A stretch of DNA of 64,000 nt from a virus, in the IMG/VR virus record IMGVR_UViG_3300045003_000166, positions 8,564 through 72,563 of that record; one strand, given 5' to 3'. Each line of letters begins with the position of its first letter. The stretch's first letter is position 1. Shown one piece after another: positions 37,502 through 47,302 of the stretch. Made by a program: the position numbers and the translations under genes. Below the pieces are notes generated by a model, which was not told where the DNA came from, did no database searches, and saw only the letters and a list, made by a program, of their open reading frames with translations.

Positions 37502-37797
37502 CAGGCCTCTTTCTTTCTCAGTTGTTCGGCGAAGGCCTCGACGCGCAGCGTCAGCAGGACCACCGACTTGGTCAGTTCGTGCACGTCCGCCAGCAACGTG
37601 TCTGGGTCGAGTGACGGGCCCGGCGTCGCGGCCAGGGCGGTGCGCGCCTCCGCCAGGTTGAACCGGAAGTGGCCGCCGGGTGTCGTGTCGTGCGGCAGCC
37701 GGCCCAGGCGCACGTAGCGGCTGATCGTCGCGGAACTCAGATGCAGGATGTCGCCGAGCTGGCCGGAGGTCAGCGTCCGGGAAGGCGGAGTGCTCAC
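37501..37797 (-). CDS. second BldC/MerR-like HTH protein
   Basis: LTSGQLGDILHLSSATISRYVRLGRLPHDTTPGGHFRF. Confidence 0.78.
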   Translation of the reverse strand: MSTPPSRTLTSGQLGDILHLSSATISRYVRLGRLPHDTTPGGHFRFNLAEARTALAATPGPSLDPDTLLADVHELTKSVVLLTLRVEAFAEQLRKKEA

Positions 37798-38522
37798 GCC
37801 GCCTCCCTCCGCACACCTCTCGGCCTGGCCTTCGGGTCGTCGATCGTCTCGTCGTCCCATGCCTGGGGCGGAGCCCAGCCCCGCGACGCGGCGAGGTTGC
37901 GGGCCCTGGTCGCCGCCTGCGCCGTCATGCCGTACTCCAGCGGGTCCTTGTTCCACAGCTCCTCGTAGACTTCGCGGGCCCGGCGGTCCGTGAGGACCGT
38001 GACCCGGTCGGTGGGGCGCAGGAAGTTGGCCAGGGTGCGGCCGAACCGCCGGGCGAGGAAGGCGTGCGAGAAACCGACCGCCACCAGGGCTCTGGTCCTG
38101 CGGTGGAAGCCGGTCGCGTCCACCAGCTGGTGGTCGGCGAGCGCGGCGGACTCCGGCTCCAGGGCGAGCAGCGCCGCCGCGGTGCGCAGCCGGACCCTGG
38201 CCGAAGGCTCCCGGCCCGGCTTACCGTACAGGAGCGTGTTCAGCACCGAGGGCGACACCCCGGCCAGTCTCGCGATCCGGCGCCGGCCCAGTCCCGCCGC
38301 CCTCAGGCTGCGCACGTGTGCCCGCACGGGCTCGGCGTCGGTGAACGGCTTCCACTGCCCGTACGCGATCAGGCGGTTGCGGCGGTCGTCGTAGTCGGAC
38401 CGCGCCGCGGCGCACGGGTAGCAGCGGCAACCGTGGATCCGGTATCCGGCGTAGGTACCGTGTCGGAAGGTGGAGGATTCCCCCTCCCCCGAAGTCGGAA
38501 CCGGCTCTCGGTTCTGCGTCAT
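37794..38522 (-). CDS. Zn/HTH DNA-binding protein
   Basis: HGTYAGYRIHGCRCYPC; HVRSLRAAGLGRRRIARLAGVS; PPQAWDDETIDDP. Confidence 0.7.
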   Translation of the reverse strand: MTQNREPVPTSGEGESSTFRHGTYAGYRIHGCRCYPCAAARSDYDDRRNRLIAYGQWKPFTDAEPVRAHVRSLRAAGLGRRRIARLAGVSPSVLNTLLYGKPGREPSARVRLRTAAALLALEPESAALADHQLVDATGFHRRTRALVAVGFSHAFLARRFGRTLANFLRPTDRVTVLTDRRAREVYEELWNKDPLEYGMTAQAATRARNLAASRGWAPPQAWDDETIDDPKARPRGVRREAA

Positions 38523-38658
38523 CGCAGGCCACCCGTCAGTTTCGCCAGCGGGCGGCGCAACAGGAACGCGGTCAGTACGAGCAGGCCGGCGGCGGATGTG
38601 GCGACCGCGACCAGCAGGGCGCGCTCTTCCGGGTCCGGCCGGTCCAGAACCGGCGTCC

Positions 38659-39018
38659 TCATCGCGCGTCCCAGGCGGCCCACACCGCGTGGTGGCCGGT
38701 GGGGGTGTTCCACTCGCCGGTGCGGTCCGACAGCTCGTCGACCAGGTTCAGGCCCCAGCCCCGCTGGTCGTCCGGACGCTCCGGGTCCAGCACCTCGAAC
38801 GGGTTGGGGCCCGGGTCGACGACGATGACGCGCGCCCCGTACCGGTCCTGCTGCGCGATCACGCGCACGTCGCCGGGCAGGGCGTACTGGATGGCGTTGG
38901 TCGTCAGCTCCGAGAGCACCAACGCGGCGTTGTCCGCGATCTCGGCCGGGAAGCGGGAGGACACGGTCCGGCGCGCGTCGGACAGTGTGGTCGGCTCGCC
39001 GTTGAGCAGAAGCGTCAC
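38659..39018 (-). CDS. HATPase_c (RsbW/anti-sigma-like) protein
   Basis: ALVLSELTTNAIQYA N-box; VVDPG; QRGWGLNLVDELSDR G-box. Confidence 0.85.
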   Translation of the reverse strand: MTLLLNGEPTTLSDARRTVSSRFPAEIADNAALVLSELTTNAIQYALPGDVRVIAQQDRYGARVIVVDPGPNPFEVLDPERPDDQRGWGLNLVDELSDRTGEWNTPTGHHAVWAAWDAR

Positions 39019-39611
39019 TGAACTGCACCTTCCTCGAAACGAGAACCGGTTCCGGCCGGGGCGGAGGATGAGGGATCGCTTCCGCCCAGTGCCTCTTCCA
39101 GGAGTTCGGCAACGCGCTTGTGGGCTTCGAGCCAGCCGCCCATGAACTCGACGTCGTCCTTGTCCGACGTCGGAGCCTTCCTCAGCTCGGCGAGGACGTC
39201 CTCCACCCGGCGCAGCGCGAGCAGCGGATCCGGGCACGGGATCTGCGCGCCCTCGGGGAGGGAGAAGCCGAACGCCGCGTCCACCAGGTCGATCGCGTGC
39301 TGGACGCCGACCGCGGTCTGGCCGTTGGCGATCTGCTCGGAGCGCTCCAGCTCCTGCTTCGTCTGGCGCAGCCGGAGGATCAGGATCTCCGCCCGTTCGC
39401 GGTGGCTGACCAGCGGCCACCAGCCGATCGGGCGCTGCTCTCGCGGCAGCTGGTCGATTGACATGGCCAGGTTCCGGGCGGCGCACGCCACCAGGTCCCG
39501 TGCGGGTTGCAACGCGTAGATCGTCTCGTCGCCGAGCCGGGCGAGCTGGAGGCGGGCGACAGCGCGCAGAAGGTCGGCCTCGCTCCGGCTGACGGAGGTG
39601 GACTCGTCCAT
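39015..39611 (-). CDS. hypothetical protein
   Basis: coupled ORF. Confidence 0.55.
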   Translation of the reverse strand: MDESTSVSRSEADLLRAVARLQLARLGDETIYALQPARDLVACAARNLAMSIDQLPREQRPIGWWPLVSHRERAEILILRLRQTKQELERSEQIANGQTAVGVQHAIDLVDAAFGFSLPEGAQIPCPDPLLALRRVEDVLAELRKAPTSDKDDVEFMGGWLEAHKRVAELLEEALGGSDPSSSAPAGTGSRFEEGAVQ

Positions 39612-40015
39612 CAGATGTCACCTGCGGTTTCTTCGAAACTTAAGGTGGTTCCGGCACTGGGGGAGGAAAAGGAACCGCCGTCCTCCCCGTGGTCGGCGGT
39701 GTCGCGCTCATATTGCTCGAGCAGCCTGCGCAGTTCGGCGTCGCGATCCGCGTCCAACGCCTTGATCTGGTCCATGACCCGCGTCGTGTAACGGTCCAGG
39801 TCCGCCTTGCGGCCGGAGATCTGTGCCGCATACCTGTCGTTGACCGCCTTGCGGTCGGCGAGCAGGCGCCGGAAGCGGTCCACTTGCCACACGTCCTCGG
39901 GCTCGAGCGGGCCGTCGGCCAGGACGCAGGTCGCGCCCGCCAGCGGGGAGGAAGAGGGATTCACCGTCTCGCGGACGGCCTGACGCACCGCGGGATCGTT
40001 CCAGGCGCCGTCCAT
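39611..40015 (-). CDS. hypothetical coiled-coil protein
   Basis: coupled ORF. Confidence 0.55.
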   Translation of the reverse strand: MDGAWNDPAVRQAVRETVNPSSSPLAGATCVLADGPLEPEDVWQVDRFRRLLADRKAVNDRYAAQISGRKADLDRYTTRVMDQIKALDADRDAELRRLLEQYERDTADHGEDGGSFSSPSAGTTLSFEETAGDI

Positions 40016-40310
40016 CAGTCCGCGTCCGGGTCGCCGATGAACGACAGAACCGTCAGGGCGTTCTGGCCCTCGTCGGTCAGCTGCAGGCACAGTGCGCCGT
40101 CGGTGGCGCGGACCGCCTCCAGCTGACCGGCCTGCAGCAGGTCGATGACGGCCAGGTCGAAGGCCGGGTCGTTGACGCCGCCCTCCGCGTGGTCGCCGGT
40201 GACGATTGCGTGCACGGCCTCGTCGACGGGCATCGGGGACACGACACACCTCCATGGGCGTGAAATCAGGTTTGTGTCCCCAGTATCGGGCTTACGTGAC
40301 TATCCGTCAA

Positions 40311-40730
40311 GACATATTGTCACATGATTCAAGATTCAACTACTTTAGTTCACGATTCAACCACTTCGGGCGCCCCTTACAGATCCTGAGCGTGGCTAAC
40401 GGTTTATACCGGCCAGTAATACAACCAAGGTCCGGTTCCGGCAACTGAGAGCCGGTTTGGGATGAGGAAGAGGTTTCCTCAGCAGCTCCACTGTCAGTCA
40501 GCAGAATTTTTTATACGTCTACGTGTGTTGACCCTTTAGGGTGAACGTGCACGTTTAATGCGTTTTTGGTGGCTGGCGGAGCAGTGGCGGGCGCAACATC
40601 TTCCCCCACCCAAACCCTGTGCCGAATCACCGGAACCGGCTCTCGGTTCCGGTCGCCGGTCAAACCGAGAGCCGGTTCCGGCTTTCAGGCAATTAGGACA
40701 TACGTGGACGTAGACGTGTAAGCTGAACCT
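40311..40730. other. AT-richer divergent junction with repeats (candidate origin or packaging/genome-end region)
   Basis: Transcription direction switches here; three GATTCAA; T7 tract; 19-bp inverted repeat at 40630-40681. Confidence 0.5.
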
Positions 40731-40955
40731 ATGCCTAGTAAGACCTTCTATGTGAAGCCCGTCCACGCCCAGCTCTTCGAAGAGGCCGAGGAGTACGGGC
40801 GCCGCACCGGCCGCTCCCTGTCCGACCTGATCGCCGAAGGCCTGCGCCTCGCCCTCGTCGAGCACGGCGTGCACGGTCCTGCGAAACCTGTGCCTAGCTA
40901 CGTCCCCGCACCGCCGCGCGCTCCCGTCCCCAACCCGTTCGCCGCTACGGAGTGA
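40731..40955 (+). CDS. ribbon-helix-helix protein
   Basis: KTFYVK…RTGRSLSDLIAEGLR. Confidence 0.65.
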   Translation: MPSKTFYVKPVHAQLFEEAEEYGRRTGRSLSDLIAEGLRLALVEHGVHGPAKPVPSYVPAPPRAPVPNPFAATE

Positions 40956-40959
40956 CCGC

Positions 40960-41334
40960 GTGGACGTCCCTCCTCCCGAACTCCATCGCCAGGACGTCCT
41001 GGAAACTGTGGCCGGCCTGAGCGGTTACTACTCCGGTACCGATCTCTACGCGCGATACCGCACCCGCTGCGAGGTCAACGGTCGGCAGCCAGGAACTCAC
41101 CAGCGCTTTTACCGGGAACTCGGTCGCCTCGGTTACTGCAAGCACGTGGTGTTCAACATCTCCTGCTATGTCATTGATTCGTCTGCCGAGCGGCACCCGG
41201 GTTCGATCGATCCGGTTCGTGCGATGACGGAGACGATGGCCGCGGCCAGGGAGCGGCGTAGGACGACCGCGCCCCGGCGCAAAGTGCCGAAGCCGGAGAC
41301 GAAGCGAAGGTTCCGCGTCCCCTACTCGGACTGA
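40960..41334 (+). CDS. winged-helix-like protein
   Basis: TDLYARYRTRCEVNGRQP…FYRELGRLGY resembles primase C-terminal wHTH. Confidence 0.5.
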   Translation: MDVPPPELHRQDVLETVAGLSGYYSGTDLYARYRTRCEVNGRQPGTHQRFYRELGRLGYCKHVVFNISCYVIDSSAERHPGSIDPVRAMTETMAAARERRRTTAPRRKVPKPETKRRFRVPYSD

Positions 41335-41378
41335 CGCACCGTCGACCCGCGGCGGTGTCCGTGTCTACACTGCTTGAC

Positions 41379-41669
41379 ATGGACACCGCCCAGTCCCGGA
41401 TGTATGACGCCGACCAGGGCAGCATGAACTCCGGCTCCTGGTACACACCGCCGAACGACACCCCGGCCGACCAGCCGTTGCCCGTCGGCTCCCAGGTGAC
41501 GCACGCCAAGTCGGGCGAGAGCGGCACCGTCACCGGATACCTGGACCACCCGCACTCCGGCGAGCGCCTGCCCACCGTGCGGTGGGAGGGACAGCCGGCC
41601 CTCGGCGCCGCGCCCGACCAGGGCTACTCCCTCACCTCGCTGACCGGGCCGACCGGAAACAACGGATGA
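41379..41669 (+). CDS. small SH3/KOW-like protein, paralog of 8974..9234
   Basis: YTPP…VGSQVTH…SGESGTVTG…PTVRWEG…QGYS. Confidence 0.6.
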   Translation: MDTAQSRMYDADQGSMNSGSWYTPPNDTPADQPLPVGSQVTHAKSGESGTVTGYLDHPHSGERLPTVRWEGQPALGAAPDQGYSLTSLTGPTGNNG

Positions 41670-42185
41670 CGACCGAGCAGCAGGAGGCGGCCGAGAACCT
41701 CCGGCGCGTTGTCGGCGAGTATCTCGAGGTGCACAGCCTGGGCCGCGGCGTCCTGACCGACATCGGCGTGGTCTGCGCCCAGCAGTACTTCGACAAGGGA
41801 ACGCCGCACACCACCGTCGTCTCGCTGTATCCCGACGCTCCTCCCCACTACCGGCGCCTCGGCTTGCTCGAGTACGAGTGCACGCGGCTGCGCGCGGTCA
41901 TCCGCGGCGCCGACGAGTTGACGGAGGATGAGGAGTGAACGAGGTCCGGCTCGTCGACCACTTCGCTCTGCGCAAGGAGGAGCTGGACAACCTCCGCGAG
42001 ATCTGCGCGCCCGCCCTCGAGTACGGCGCCTCCCTCGCCCAGATCACCGGCTACCCGGTCCTCGTCGACCAGGAGGTTCCGGCCGGGATGCTCCGCGTGG
42101 TCGGTTCCGGCAGCCACGCCGACTACCCGCTGAACTGGATGACGCTGGACGCGTTACTGCGCCCGTGGAACCAGGGCGCGAAATC

Positions 42186-42623
42186 GTGAGGCGTGCCTGG
42201 ACCGGGCCCGCGGTGTTCGGCGCCTTCGACGGAGCGGTCACGGTGCTCGGCGGGATGTTCACGCTGCTGCACTCTCCCAGGACGCTGGTGGAGACCGCCG
42301 CCGGCCTTGCGATCGCCGGCTTTTTCTCCATGGCCGCCGGGCAGTGGCTGGGGGATTCGGAGCACGGCCTGGGCGCGTCGCTCGCCATCGGTGCAGGGAC
42401 CGCGGCCGGCACCTTCCTTCCCGCCGTCCCGTACCTGTTCGCGCATGGAGGATTCGCCTTCTTCCTGTCCCTCTTGCTGTACCTGGCCCTGGGTGGCGGC
42501 ATCAGCGCCGCCCGCTCTCGCGACCGCGGCGCGGTGCGCGCCTCGCTGGAGACCGTGGGCCTGCTCGTCGTGTCGGGCGTGGCCGTGTGGTTGTGCTCCC
42601 TCGTCTTCGGAAGCAGTGGATGA
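42186..42623 (+). CDS. VIT1/CCC1-family membrane protein (minimal)
   Basis: VFGAFDGAVTVLG; AGFFSMAAGQWL; GTFLPAVPYLF; about 5 TM segments. Confidence 0.75.
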   Translation: MRRAWTGPAVFGAFDGAVTVLGGMFTLLHSPRTLVETAAGLAIAGFFSMAAGQWLGDSEHGLGASLAIGAGTAAGTFLPAVPYLFAHGGFAFFLSLLLYLALGGGISAARSRDRGAVRASLETVGLLVVSGVAVWLCSLVFGSSG

Positions 42624-42970
42624 ACATGGAAACCTCCCTCAAGCCGTCAGTGGGACGGATTGTGCACTACCAGTCGCACGGCTCGGCGGACGGCACGTAC
42701 CCGTCGGTGTGCCGGGCCGCGATCGTGACCGAGGTGCCCGAGACCTGGGACGCCCAGAGCGAGCGGGACATGCCGGTCGGCCTGTGCGTGCTCAACCCGA
42801 CCGGGATCTTCCTGAACACAGGGATCCTCCACCACGTGCCGACCGAGGTGCAGGGCGATCCGGACTGCCCAGCCAAGGCGTCGCATGGTGATCCGTTCCG
42901 CTACTGCCAGTGCGGCTGGATCGAGGCGTCGCCGAAGGGCGGCACGTGGCACTGGCCCGAGCGCGTCTGA
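42620..42970 (+). CDS. hypothetical phage protein
   Basis: PSVGRIVHY…CRAAIVTEV…VLNPTG…GTWHWPER. Confidence 0.7.
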   Translation: MNMETSLKPSVGRIVHYQSHGSADGTYPSVCRAAIVTEVPETWDAQSERDMPVGLCVLNPTGIFLNTGILHHVPTEVQGDPDCPAKASHGDPFRYCQCGWIEASPKGGTWHWPERV

Positions 42971-43629
42971 CCATGCGACTCGCGAAGGAGATCCGCGTCG
43001 ACCGGGACGAGCGCGGCGCGCCACAAATCACGATCGACGGCGAGACACTGCCGTGGTTCACCGCAGGGATCGTGACACCGGCGCCGAGCCTGGACGAGGT
43101 GCCCACGGTGACGATCACGATTCCGGCCGAGAAGGTCGTGGTCGAGAACCGGGCCACGCCGTCGGCCTCGTATCTGCGAAGGGTGTCGGGAGCCGCGTAC
43201 CGGTGCGGCCACCCGGCCTGTCTCGGTGTTCACATCACGGACAACGAGCAGTGTTGCTGACCAATTAGAACACTAGTTCTATCCTGGCGGATGTGACCGG
43301 GAAACCTCCGCCCCTGACCAGGATCGCGCGCGGCGAGGCCGAGCGCTTTCCCAAGGAGCGGATCCGCAGCGTGGACCGGCCCGCGGTCTACTGGGACGGC
43401 GAGGCCTTCGTCCCTGCCCGGATCACCGGCTGGATCCGCTACTACGGCGAGCTGTTCGTGCGCCTGCGCACTCGCAGGGACGTGTGGCGCGACCGCGAGG
43501 ACTGGTACGTCTGGGCGCCCGGCCACCTCATCGTCGTACGCCCCGATCCCATGGACCGCAAGGACTGGCTGCCGCCCCGGCCGTTCACAGGTTGACGAAA
43601 AGTCAACACCTTGAGGACAATGGCCATGC

Positions 43630-43978
43630 CATGGAATACCGCTGGGGCGAACTGTTCGACGGCCGGCCGCACGTCTACCGAGCCGGCCGCGACTTCGACA
43701 TGCCGCCGGCCGACTTCGCCCGCCTGGTGGAGCAGAAGGCGGAGGAGAACGGCCTGGGTGTCGCCGTGCGCATCGACGGGCAGTTCGTCGCCATCCACGC
43801 GCTGCCGATCGCGGAGCGCAACCTCGCCCCCAGCGAGGCGATGGAGGCCCGCATCGACGAGGCGATGGCGTTGCGCGCCCAGGGCTGGACGTATCGGGCG
43901 ATCGGCGAGCACTTCGGCGTGGACATCCAGGTAGCCCGGCGCCTGATTCTGCGCGAGCAGGGACGGCGGGAGCGATGA
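43630..43978 (+). CDS. HTH protein
   Basis: AMALRAQGWTYRAIGEHFGV. Confidence 0.65.
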
Positions 43979-44487
43979 CCACCACCGACATCCAGCCCGC
44001 GTTCACCGTCGAGGGCGCCGACGACATCCGGGCCCGGCAGCGGCGGGCGATGGAACTGCGCGCCCGCGCCTGGAGCCCACGCGAAATCGCGCAGGAGCTC
44101 GGGGTCACCACGCATGTGGTGTCCGCCTGGATTGCCGCGGCGGTGCGCGAGCACATCCCCACCGAGGTGCGCGAGCAGGTGCGCGCCCTGCAGCTGGACC
44201 GCTACGAGGTCCTGCTCAAGGCCTACTTCGAGATCCTCGCCACGTGCACCACCGTGGAGCAGCTGGAGAAGATCGGCCGGCTGTGCGTGCAGACGATGAC
44301 CCGCATCGACGTCCTGGCCGGCACCGAGCGGCCGAAGGAGGTGCGCCTGGACGGCCAGATCGTGCCCATCGGCCAGCTGGACTTGGAGCTCGCGGAGATG
44401 ATCCGGGAGGCGAAGGCGCGCGCCGCCGCCGAGGAGGCCGAGATCCGGGACGAGGACGACGAAGACGAGGACGTGTTCGATGGCTGA
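43975..44487 (+). CDS. terminase small subunit-like HTH protein
   Basis: AMELRARAWSPREIAQELGV…LQLDRYE…LAGTERP. Confidence 0.55.
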   Translation: MTTTDIQPAFTVEGADDIRARQRRAMELRARAWSPREIAQELGVTTHVVSAWIAAAVREHIPTEVREQVRALQLDRYEVLLKAYFEILATCTTVEQLEKIGRLCVQTMTRIDVLAGTERPKEVRLDGQIVPIGQLDLELAEMIREAKARAAAEEAEIRDEDDEDEDVFDG

Positions 44488-45635
44488 CACCGCGTACTGG
44501 TTCCAGCAGCTGGTCGCCGAGCGCGACGCCGAGTCGCCGGTCTACCGCCGCGGCCTGATCGCGTTCCTGGAGAACTTCGCCGCGGCCAATGGCAACGAAC
44601 TGACCGACGCCGAGGTGGTGCGCTGGGACCACGACCCGGACCTGAACAAGCTGGTGCCGGCCGGGTTCGTCCTGTTGCGCGTGCAGGGCTGGGTGAGGGA
44701 GTTCGACGTGGACCTGGCGGACGACGATGCCGCGCCCGTGACGGAGGGACTGGGATGACCATGCAACCGGTCGGCCGGGCGATGGCCACCACCGCGCCCG
44801 CCGCCCACACGGTGGAGCTGGTGCGGGCCGAGGACGGCGCGCTCGAGCTGCGGCACGTGGAGTGCCGCGGGTCGTGGGTGGTCCCGATCGACGTGCTGGC
44901 CGGCCCGGTGACGATGCTCGACGTCATCCACACCGTGATCGACCACAAGTGCGGCGAGTCCCAGGCCGCCGCACTTCCCCGAGCGGCCTGACGTGGCCGA
45001 GCCGAGGCGTGTGCGCCGCATCGCAGTCCCTTGTGAAGCTGTGCAGTGGGACGGCCGGAACATCGCCGAGCTCGAGCTGTTCGCGGGCGAGAAGTTCACC
45101 CATGCCACCGACGTGGATCTGGGCGACGACGGCGCCGCGATCCTGGGCGGCCGGTACCACTCCTGGGTGCCGCTCTATCCTGGGGACTGGGTCCTCAAGG
45201 CGTCGGACGGTTCGCTGTCCAAGGTCGACGACGAGGAGCTCCAGTCTGGATTCGAGGCGGCTCCGTGAGCTTCGACAACCAGACACCCAGGCCCAACGGC
45301 TGGCCCATGGACACCGGCGCGCCCGACGGCACCGGCAGCGCGCGCAACTACGTGAACCAGCCCAGCTCGCTGCGCTTCGACGTGCACCAGACCAACTCCC
45401 CCGGCCAGTTCCACGTTCGGTTGGGGGACAACACGGTGGGCTACGTCAACGAGTACCCGGACCCGCAACATGGCCGGCTGTACTCCGCCACCTTCCATCC
45501 GAAGGTGCTCGCGATGGCGACGCACCTGTCCCCTACCCGCAAGGGCTTCGTGTCGAAGGTCGACGCGGCCAACCACATCGCGGACAACTGCCGGGACATC
45601 GCCCAGATCGAGAACATCGGCGGTTGGAGGGCGTA

Positions 45636-46286
45636 GTGACAGACATCTACTACGACTGCGAGTTCGTCGAGGACGGCCGCACCATCGACCTCGTCTCGAT
45701 CGGCATGGTGACCGACGACGAGCGCGAGTACTACGCCGTGTCGAGTGAGTTCGACATGAAGAGGTTCGCCGCAAACGACTGGCTGGTGGAGAACGTCTGG
45801 CCGTTGCTGCCGAAGATCCACGGCGACGCGCGCAACCACATCCGGGCGCGCGGCTGGTTCGGCCGCCCGCGAGCGCGGCACAAGATCCTTAGTGATCTGT
45901 TCAACCCGTTCGCCGACGAGGTCAAGTACCGGGACACGATCCGTGCCGAGGTCGGAGCGTTCATCGCGACCACGGACGACCCGCAGCTCTGGTCCTGGTA
46001 TGGCGCCTATGACCACGTGGTGCTCTGCCAGCTCTTCGGCCGGATGATCCAGCTTCCCGACCGAGTCCCGATGTGGACCAACGACCTGCGCCAGGAGCAG
46101 GTCCGTCTCGGGGTTCCGGATGAGCAGATGCCGAAGCAGGCCGCGGGGCGTCACAACGCCCTGGCTGACGCGAAGTACCACCGCGAGATGGGCCGGTTCC
46201 TGCGCGAATACCGCAGGGACCTGACGTACGGCGGATTGATGCAGGCCGGTTACAGTGCCGCCGACGTCGAGGAACGGCCCAGATGA
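45636..46286 (+). CDS. DEDDh 3'-5' exoribonuclease (RNase AS/Rv2179c-like)
   Basis: YYDCEFVEDGRTIDLVSIG; WYGAYDHVVLCQLFG; TNDLRQ; HNALADA. Confidence 0.88.
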   Translation: MTDIYYDCEFVEDGRTIDLVSIGMVTDDEREYYAVSSEFDMKRFAANDWLVENVWPLLPKIHGDARNHIRARGWFGRPRARHKILSDLFNPFADEVKYRDTIRAEVGAFIATTDDPQLWSWYGAYDHVVLCQLFGRMIQLPDRVPMWTNDLRQEQVRLGVPDEQMPKQAAGRHNALADAKYHREMGRFLREYRRDLTYGGLMQAGYSAADVEERPR

Positions 46287-46625
46287 CCGGTGCCTGGTGC
46301 GCACGGTTGCGCTGGTCGCCGGATGCGCTGCGGTCCGTGCTCGATGCTCTTCCCCCGGCACGGTGCCAGGCCAGGATGCTGGCGTGGCTGACCGAGGGCG
46401 GCAGCTCGGTGCCGTACCCGAGCGACCTCTACGCGTCGCGGCAGGGCGGCACGCTCACGGCCGAGATGCTGGATGCGCTGCTGGCGAAGGTCTACGAGAA
46501 CGGCCGGCTGGGACCGAGCCAAGCGGAGCTCGACTACTGGGTCGAGGAAGGGATGCGGCTGAGGGACAGGTACCTCGCCGCTGTTGAGCGGGAGCGACGG
46601 GTGCGGGAAGAGGAGGCAATCATCC

Positions 46626-46820
46626 ATGGCCCAGTCCGGAAGTAAGTCAGGGTCCGGTCACCGTGAGTCGCCCGGCCCGGATCACAGCAAGGCCCAGTGG
46701 CGATTCCTGTTCGCCACCCACAAACCGTTCGCGCGCAAGTGGGCGGAACAGGTAGTGGCCGAGCGCGGCAAGAAGACCGGTTACCGCTCGTTGCCGGAGC
46801 GGAAGGGCGTGCACAAGTGA
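46626..46820 (+). CDS. small basic protein
   Basis: SKAQWRFLFATHKPFARKWAE…LPERK. Confidence 0.55.
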   Translation: MAQSGSKSGSGHRESPGPDHSKAQWRFLFATHKPFARKWAEQVVAERGKKTGYRSLPERKGVHK

Positions 46821-47062
46821 CGCAGCTGGTCCAGCACACCGCGCCCAACCTGATGACCTGGTACTGGATCTTCTGGTTCACGATCGGGTTCGGCGTGCCC
46901 GAGGGGATCGCGCTCGCGACCAGGCACACCGAGTGGACGCTGTCCTACCAGGTGTGGACATTGGAGGGCGCGTCCGGTTCGATCATGCAGTTCATCGTGG
47001 CGGCCTTTCTCGTCTGGCTGTTCCGCCACTTGGTGTTCCGGGACTGGAGGACGCTGCGGTGA
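46817..47062 (+). CDS. small membrane protein
   Basis: WIFWFTIGFGVPEGIAL…TLSYQVW…FLVWLFRHL. Confidence 0.6.
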   Translation: MTQLVQHTAPNLMTWYWIFWFTIGFGVPEGIALATRHTEWTLSYQVWTLEGASGSIMQFIVAAFLVWLFRHLVFRDWRTLR

Positions 47063-47292
47063 GTGACGATATCCGGCCTCCGTTCCTTGCCGAGTCTGTG
47101 CACTTCGTCCACCGCGACGGCACGTGCCGAGCCGCGCTCGTGGCCAAGGTCTTCGGCACTGCGCATCGGCGTGCCTCAGTGTTCGTCCTCAATCCGGACT
47201 TCTACCACACAGAGTTCCAGGAGGCGGTCTTCAACCAGGACGGTATGGCCGGCACCTGGCACCACGTGGACACTGCGGTGCCGCAGCACTGA
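47059..47292 (+). CDS. hypothetical protein, paralog of 42620..42970
   Basis: VHFV…CRAALVAKV…VLNP…GTWH. Confidence 0.55.
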   Translation: MSDDIRPPFLAESVHFVHRDGTCRAALVAKVFGTAHRRASVFVLNPDFYHTEFQEAVFNQDGMAGTWHHVDTAVPQH

Positions 47293-47302
47293 TTATCAAC
47301 GT

